Shown here in pieces: positions 36,701 to 42,236 of a stretch of DNA of 42,236 bases. The position numbers and the translations under genes are program-made. How positions within the stretch are numbered: position 1 is the stretch's first letter; each line of letters starts with the position of its first letter. This DNA is from Pseudobdellovibrionaceae bacterium (lineage in GTDB: Bacteria > Bdellovibrionota > Bdellovibrionia > Bdellovibrionales > Bdellovibrionaceae), in the NCBI GenBank assembly GCA_041288045.1, contig JBGGMM010000181.1, positions 1-42,236 on the forward strand, in the 5' to 3' direction. The notes beneath the pieces were generated by a model. The model saw only the letters and a program-made list of their open reading frames with translations, ran no database searches and was not told the DNA's origin.

Positions 36701-37633
36701 ATGATTCTATGGGGACTCTTCAGTGGGTCTTTTTTCTTTTTATCACAGGCTTCTGCTGAAACTGACCTTGAGTGCTACCGAATGCCCGGATGCCGCGGGT
36801 TTTTTCGCGGAGCTTCGCCCAATCCGACAGTGGGAAGTCAGGTCAGAATCAACCCTTCAGCAGTTCCCACAGCCAATGCCTTTGGCCTTGAAGGAATCTT
36901 CTTTAAGGACTCCGTCGATGTCTCCATCGTTCGAGGAAACGGTCGGGTGGGAGCTGCTCTTTCACCCACCAACAGTGAAGAGACTTTCTTCGGTCCGCCG
37001 ACTTTTGAAGTGCCAGAAGATTATGCGTTAAGAAAAATCAACGCCGATAAATATCCCAATCAAAAATTGACTCTGGCAGCGGCCGTGGATTTAAAAAAGC
37101 GCAGCGGCTCTGGCCTCGGAGCCGTGGAACTCAAAGCGGGTGTGATGGGTCGCTACAATAAACTCACCCATAATGTCAGCCCAGGTGTCGGCCTCAATGG
37201 GATTTTGGGGCCATTGACTTTTGGGGGCTCGATTTATAGCGATGAAACGCAATTGGATTACAGAACCTATGGGCTCTTGGAAACCAAACCCGTCGTCAAG
37301 TATCAAGTTCAAACTTACAATGTCGGTCTGTTTCTGAACTCGTTGATTCTGGATTACTCGCAGCTTCGAATGAAAACTGTGGACACTTCCATCGTGCATA
37401 TTGTGACTGCCAGTCTTTCCTACCGGCGAGTGATTCTCTCAGCTTCCAAGAGAACCGAAGACAGCGAGCGACCGGCCTACAACTATCGGACAAAATTATT
37501 AGAAGATGAACGTTACAAAGAAGAGTACTTTGGCGGACTGCAAGTGCAAATCACCAAAAATTTCATGGTCGGAGCTCTTTACAATTATTATCTTCTGCAT
37601 GAGATGTCTGGATCTTTGACTTTGTTCTTTTGA
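36701..37633 (+). CDS. Probable outer-membrane beta-barrel protein
   Basis: Signal ending ASA, NPSA motif, alternating amphipathic strands, C-terminal Phe. Start 36701 or 36668. Confidence 0.65.
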   Translation: MILWGLFSGSFFFLSQASAETDLECYRMPGCRGFFRGASPNPTVGSQVRINPSAVPTANAFGLEGIFFKDSVDVSIVRGNGRVGAALSPTNSEETFFGPPTFEVPEDYALRKINADKYPNQKLTLAAAVDLKKRSGSGLGAVELKAGVMGRYNKLTHNVSPGVGLNGILGPLTFGGSIYSDETQLDYRTYGLLETKPVVKYQVQTYNVGLFLNSLILDYSQLRMKTVDTSIVHIVTASLSYRRVILSASKRTEDSERPAYNYRTKLLEDERYKEEYFGGLQVQITKNFMVGALYNYYLLHEMSGSLTLFF

Positions 37634-37636
37634 TTT

Positions 37637-37975
37637 TTATTCAATTTCGACGATATCAACAGTCGTGGCGCCAGCTTCAGGGCGGACGACTGTCATTTGA
37701 ATTGGATCCGAGCCCGAGTGCGAGAAGCTTTTGACATAGGCATTTCCAGAAACGATCGACCGATTGCCATTCCAGGCGACCACAGCTTCATCCTCAAGCA
37801 TCACGTAGGTGCTGCTGGTGCCAGAGTAAAAGATCACTGAGCAGCTCGCCAAAGTGACCGAGGGTTTGTAGCAGTAGGTTGATTTTCGCAACTGCTCAGT
37901 CGGCAAGAGGTCGTCATCCACTTCGGCACAAGCTAAAAAAAAGAGAGTCGGAAAAAGAGCCAAAAGGATTTTCAT
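37637..37975 (-). CDS. Small lipoprotein, hypothetical
   Basis: MKILLALFPTLFFLAC lipobox. Confidence 0.7.
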   Translation of the reverse strand: MKILLALFPTLFFLACAEVDDDLLPTEQLRKSTYCYKPSVTLASCSVIFYSGTSSTYVMLEDEAVVAWNGNRSIVSGNAYVKSFSHSGSDPIQMTVVRPEAGATTVDIVEIE

Positions 37976-38033
37976 GCCTTTATTTTAGCCCTGGAAAGGC
38001 CGTCTGTCTTTCGGTCCATTGGCCAGATTCGGT

Positions 38034-39329
38034 CTATTTTTCGATAAAACCGGTCAGGTTTTCAGGTCCCTGAGAGGTGATTAAAATATCATCCTCCAGG
38101 CGAATTCCACCAAACCCCCGCCACTTTTCAACTTCGTTCCAATCAATCATTTGCGAGAATTTCTGGCGAGTTTCTTTTCTCTCAAGGAGAGCATCGACAA
38201 AATAAAGTCCGGGCTCGACAGTCATCACGAAATTTTCCTGCAAGGGGAAATCAACGCGGACTCGGACTCCGCAACTCATTCGAGGAGGCTTTAAAGGATT
38301 GGCGCCAACATCTCGAACTTTCAAGCCCACCATATGTCCTACGCCGTGAGGAAAGAAAACAGAAATAGCTCCGCTTTCCAACAAAGAGTCCGTTTCTCCT
38401 TTGAGAATTTTTAATTCCTTCAGGCCGTTGGCGATGATCTCAGCCGATGCGCGGTGAACATCATGCCACTCGCGGCCCATGGTGCAGAGAGAAATGGATG
38501 TTTTCTGAGCTTGGAAAACCAAATCGTAAATTTCTTTTTGCTGAGAGCTGAATTTTCCCGAAGCGGGAAAGACACGAGTGATATCCACGCAGTAATCAAA
38601 TAGATCCGCCCCAGCGTCAATCAACACCATTTCGCCGGGTTGAAGCTTTCGATCTGTGGGCAGAGCGTGCAAAACAGCCGATCTGGGGCCTGATCCCACG
38701 ATGCTGGTATACGGGAATTTTTCGGAACCTGCCTTCATGACTGTGGATTCAAATTCAATTTGAATTTCTCTTTCGCTCACTCCGGGACGGATAAAAGATT
38801 GAAGTTTTTGATACCCCTGGTGAGCCATTTGGGCGGCTTTTTGGATCAGTTGAATTTCAGCTTCATCTTTTTGCCGGCGAACTGAATTGATCACTTCTTG
38901 AAAATTCAAATGAGTTGTCGGATCCACATGGGTGGCCCAAGTTTTTTGCGCAGGACTGGGTTGGCCGTAAAGAAAAAGCCTTTTGCATTTCTGTTTTTCA
39001 AACCAGCCATTGAAAGACTGGATATCTTCGCCGGCAAACTCTTCACCGCCACCTTCCCAAAGTCTTTCCTCCGGAGTGAGGGGCAGGACAAAGTCTTTCC
39101 ATCCCAGGTCCTTGTTGTAGGCCAAGAGGCCTTGAGGGCGATAAAGTCCAGACAGCCAGAGATACTCGGGGTGGGGGATGAAGGGGTAAGTTTGATCCAA
39201 TCCCCCGGGCTTTTGAATGGGTTCGCCGCTGAAAATGAAAACCCAATCTTGAGCTTCCAGATGGGAATTCATGGCTTTTTCCAAGCGAAGGCGGCGGCTC
39301 TTTAAAACAGAATCCGTAAAGATTTTCAT
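38034..39329 (-). CDS. pepP: Xaa-Pro aminopeptidase (M24B)
   Basis: R..KD..EI, SIVGSG...VLH, LIDAG...Y..DITR, PHGVGHMVGL.V.DVG, TVEPGLYF, GIRLEDD. Confidence 0.92.
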   Translation of the reverse strand: MKIFTDSVLKSRRLRLEKAMNSHLEAQDWVFIFSGEPIQKPGGLDQTYPFIPHPEYLWLSGLYRPQGLLAYNKDLGWKDFVLPLTPEERLWEGGGEEFAGEDIQSFNGWFEKQKCKRLFLYGQPSPAQKTWATHVDPTTHLNFQEVINSVRRQKDEAEIQLIQKAAQMAHQGYQKLQSFIRPGVSEREIQIEFESTVMKAGSEKFPYTSIVGSGPRSAVLHALPTDRKLQPGEMVLIDAGADLFDYCVDITRVFPASGKFSSQQKEIYDLVFQAQKTSISLCTMGREWHDVHRASAEIIANGLKELKILKGETDSLLESGAISVFFPHGVGHMVGLKVRDVGANPLKPPRMSCGVRVRVDFPLQENFVMTVEPGLYFVDALLERKETRQKFSQMIDWNEVEKWRGFGGIRLEDDILITSQGPENLTGFIEK

Positions 39330-39361
39330 GGGCCCAGCTTAATGGATCCAAGAGCCATTTG

Positions 39362-39461
39362 AAACAAACTCAAGAGTCATTGCGACATTTTTTGACGCAT
39401 CTTTTCATATTGCCTCTCAGAGAGGGCCTTGTTAAGACTAAAAGCTATGTTGAGTTTGTTT
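39362..39461. repeat. 12-bp perfect inverted repeat in the pepP/thrS divergent intergenic region
   Basis: AAACAAACTCAA (39362-39373) and TTGAGTTTGTTT (39450-39461). Confidence 0.8.
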
Positions 39462-39540
39462 TTTGCACTTCTTTTTCAATCTTCATCTGTTGTTTCGACA
39501 ACAACCATGACTTTTTAATTCATGGCTCTTAAGAATTTGC

Positions 39541-41502
39541 ATGTCTGAAATTCGTATCATTCTCCCAGATCAATCAGTGAAGACTTTTGACCACGAACCC
39601 ACCGCTTTGGAAGTGGCCCAATCCATTGGTCCGCGTTTGGCCAAAGAGACTTTGGGTGTGAAAATTGGCAATGATCCCGAAGTCCATGATTTCCGTTTGC
39701 CGCTGAAAGATGGCAGTCAAATTTCTTTGGTCACCACCAAATCTCCGGAAGCTGTCGAAGTGATCCGTCACTCGGCGGCTCACGTCATGGCTCAGGCTGT
39801 TCAGACTCTCTGGCCCGAAGTGAAAGTGACCATCGGCCCAGTGATCGAAAGTGGCTTCTTTTACGATTTTGATTCTCCGAGAAATTTCACCGAAGAGGAT
39901 TTTCAAAAAATCGAAAAGCGCATGGAAGAAATCGTCAAAGGCGATTACCCCTTGGTGCGAAAAAATGTGCCGATCGATCAAGCGATTGCCACATTCAAAA
40001 AAATGGGCGAGCGCTTCAAAGTCGAAATCATCGAAGATCTTAAAAACAAAGGCGAACACGAAGTCGGCATTTACGAGCAAGGCGAGAATTGGTTTGATCT
40101 TTGCCGCGGACCTCATGTGCAAAGCACGGGTCAAATCAAAGCTTTCAAGCTGATGTCCGTGGCCGGTGCCTACTGGCGGGGAAATGAGAAAAATCCCATG
40201 CTCCAGAGAATTTACGCCACTGCCTTTGGCGACAAAAAAGAACTAGAAGCTTACCTTCATCAGATGGAAGAAGCGAAAAAGCGCGATCATCGAAAGCTAG
40301 GGAAAGAGCTAGGGCTTTTTCACTTGCATCCCTGGGCTCCGGCTTCGCCTTTTTTCACTGGTCGGGGAGCTGTTGTTTACAATGAACTGCAAAAATACAT
40401 CCGGGAGCTTTATTTTAAATACGGCTACCAGGAAGTGATCACTCCACAGATTTTTGATACTGAATTATTTAAGACTTCAGGTCATATGGGAAATTACGCT
40501 GAAAATATTTTCTTCACCAAAGTGGATGAAAGAGATTTTGCGGTGAAACCGATGAACTGTCCTTCTCATTGTGTGCTGTTTAAATCCGAGCATCATTCCT
40601 ACCGGGAGCTTCCGCTGCGCATGGCTGATTTCGGCCGCCTTCACCGCAACGAAAAGAGCGGAGCGATCCACGGTCTGACAAGGGTTCGCTCTTTCTGTCA
40701 GGATGATGCGCATATTTTCTGCTCTATGGATCAAGTGCAGTCGGAAATTGCTGGCTTCATGAGTCTGCTTCGCGAAGTTTATACTCAGCTGGGAATGACA
40801 AATTACAAAGTCATGCTCTCCACGCGGCCAGAAAATCGTGTGGGATCCGATGAGATCTGGGACCAAGCCGAAGACGCTTTGGCGAAAGCTTTGGAATCTT
40901 TAAAAATCCCCTACACTGTCAATCCAGGCGATGGCGCTTTTTACGGTCCCAAGATCGACATTGTGTTTGTCGATGCCATCAATCGGCCTTGGCAGCTAGG
41001 GACTTTGCAGTGCGATTTCAATTTGCCGCAACTTTTTGATCTCAATTATGTCGGCGAAGACAATCGGGAGCACAGACCGGTCATGCTCCATCGGGCGATT
41101 TTGGGATCACTCGAGCGATTTATTGGGGTGTATCTGGAGCACACAGCTGGACATTTGCCAACTTGGCTCTCCCCAGTTCAAGTGCAGATTCTTTCGATCA
41201 CAGATCGTGTGAATGGATTTTGCAATGAGATTCTCGGTCAATTGAAGAGTCACGGAGTGCGTGTCGAATTTGACCAAAGGAACGAAAAATTGAGTCGTAA
41301 AATCCTTGATGCCCAAATGATGAAAGTTCCCTTTATGATCATCGTTGGCGACAAAGAAGCCGAAAATCGAAGCGCTTCATTGCGGCTTCGCGACGGCAAA
41401 CAATTGCAAGGTATTAACGTTGGAGAATTAATCGAAACAATCGTCGTTCAAATCAAAGAACGACGACTCACACAGGAACCAAACCAGGAGGTTTCCCATT
41501 AG
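39541..41502 (+). CDS. thrS: Threonine--tRNA ligase
   Basis: TGS domain, RHSAAH.MAQA, DLCRGPH, GAYWRG, RDHRKLG, KPMNCP.H, RVR.F.QDDAH, GAFYGPK, HRAILGS.ERF. Confidence 0.98.
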   Translation: MSEIRIILPDQSVKTFDHEPTALEVAQSIGPRLAKETLGVKIGNDPEVHDFRLPLKDGSQISLVTTKSPEAVEVIRHSAAHVMAQAVQTLWPEVKVTIGPVIESGFFYDFDSPRNFTEEDFQKIEKRMEEIVKGDYPLVRKNVPIDQAIATFKKMGERFKVEIIEDLKNKGEHEVGIYEQGENWFDLCRGPHVQSTGQIKAFKLMSVAGAYWRGNEKNPMLQRIYATAFGDKKELEAYLHQMEEAKKRDHRKLGKELGLFHLHPWAPASPFFTGRGAVVYNELQKYIRELYFKYGYQEVITPQIFDTELFKTSGHMGNYAENIFFTKVDERDFAVKPMNCPSHCVLFKSEHHSYRELPLRMADFGRLHRNEKSGAIHGLTRVRSFCQDDAHIFCSMDQVQSEIAGFMSLLREVYTQLGMTNYKVMLSTRPENRVGSDEIWDQAEDALAKALESLKIPYTVNPGDGAFYGPKIDIVFVDAINRPWQLGTLQCDFNLPQLFDLNYVGEDNREHRPVMLHRAILGSLERFIGVYLEHTAGHLPTWLSPVQVQILSITDRVNGFCNEILGQLKSHGVRVEFDQRNEKLSRKILDAQMMKVPFMIIVGDKEAENRSASLRLRDGKQLQGINVGELIETIVVQIKERRLTQEPNQEVSH

Positions 41503-42166
41503 CAGCCCTTTTGAAAGAAAAGGTTTTGGCGGAGGCGGACGAGATTTCCGCCAGAAAAACAAAGACAAAGACGGACTTCGTGTCAACCGCGAGATCCGAG
41601 CCCAGCAAATCCGAGTGATCGATGACGAAGGTCAAATGCTCGGAGTGATGACTGTCCCCGAAGGTGTGCGCCTCGCCGAAGAGCGCGGCCTCGATCTGAT
41701 TGAAATCGCACCGACAGCCACTCCTCCCACTTGCAAAATCATGGATTACGGCAAGTGGAAATACGAAAACAAAAAGAAGCAAGTGGCAGCTCGTAAAAAG
41801 CAAGTCATCGTTCAGGTCAAAGAAGTTCAATTGCGTCCGCGCACCGATCAGCACGATTTCGACACCAAAATGCGCAATGCCCGCAGATTCATCCTCGACG
41901 GAGACAAAGTGAAAGTGAATATGCGCTTTCTCGGTCGCGAGATGGCTCACCAGGAGCTGGGCATGTCTCTGATGCACAAAGTGGTTGAAACTTTGAAGGA
42001 TGTGGCCAATTCCGAAGCTCCACCGAAAATGGAAGGCAAGCAGGCCTATCTGATTTTGGCTCCAGATCCAGTCAAAGTGAAAGACTACATGAAGCTCCAC
42101 CCAAAGAGCACTCAGGGCCCTGCCCCTGAAAGCGAAAACGAAGAGGATCACGGAGACGAAGAATGA
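41498..42166 (+). CDS. infC: Translation initiation factor IF-3 with ATT start codon
   Basis: AGGAGG (41486-41491), 6 nt, ATT 41498 in frame with the ORF called at 41615. Motifs RVNREIRA..IRVID, LDLIEIAP...PP.CKIMDYGK, KEVQLRP, GDKVK...F.GRE. Confidence 0.95.
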   Translation: MSSPFERKGFGGGGRDFRQKNKDKDGLRVNREIRAQQIRVIDDEGQMLGVMTVPEGVRLAEERGLDLIEIAPTATPPTCKIMDYGKWKYENKKKQVAARKKQVIVQVKEVQLRPRTDQHDFDTKMRNARRFILDGDKVKVNMRFLGREMAHQELGMSLMHKVVETLKDVANSEAPPKMEGKQAYLILAPDPVKVKDYMKLHPKSTQGPAPESENEEDHGDEE

Positions 42167-42236
42167 TTCAAACAGGGCAGCGATTGATTCTGATTTTTTC
42201 GCTGCTCTTTCTCACTGTGGGCTGTGACCAAGCCAC
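42163..42236 (+). CDS. 5' end of a probable signal peptidase II (LspA-like), truncated by the window edge
   Basis: ATGA overlap with the infC stop, GGAG SD. MIQTGQRLILIFSLLFLTVGCDQAT fits the LspA first helix followed by DQxxK; a lipoprotein (VGC) is the alternative. Confidence 0.55.
   Translation, partial: MIQTGQRLILIFSLLFLTVGCDQA

Noticed and set aside
39330..39540. T-box riboswitch for thrS
   Set aside because: No GGTGGNACC T-box sequence and no terminator/antiterminator pair.
1..42236. CRISPR array, tRNA/rRNA genes, transposase, integrase or prophage genes
   Set aside because: No spaced direct repeats, no tRNA T-arm consensus noticed, and no such protein motifs in the ORF track.

Overview
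Gene-dense chromosomal window, most likely from a Bdellovibrionota-type bacterium. That assignment is inferred from protein style, the gspCDE-ccs-act neighbourhood and many orphan secreted proteins; it is not proven. Contents in order: T2SS core gspC-gspD-gspE (-); a GNAT-like protein; a PduO-type adenosyltransferase divergent from a probably leaderless dinB; N-formylglutamate amidohydrolase; a perfect 26-bp palindrome followed by an atypical class D beta-lactamase-family gene (SxV motif reads SAK) and two secreted orphans; an OlsB-like GNAT / M14 peptidase / alpha-beta hydrolase operon; system II cytochrome c maturation genes and a complete alternative complex III operon (actABCDEF); a ~360-430 nt GC-rich intergenic element that folds into one closed multi-branched structure, next to a GAGATA microsatellite; a signal-peptide-bearing VTC/CYTH-like protein with an orphan partner; a GFA protein; a divergent arginine cluster (argCJBFR / argGH, no argD) with ARG boxes; several secreted or outer-membrane orphans; pepP; thrS; infC (ATT start) coupled to an lspA-like gene. 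No rRNA, tRNA, CRISPR array, transposase or integrase was seen. The best candidates for new biology are the structured element at 24572-24935 and the adjacent secreted VTC-like operon. All calls are by eye; no searches were run.
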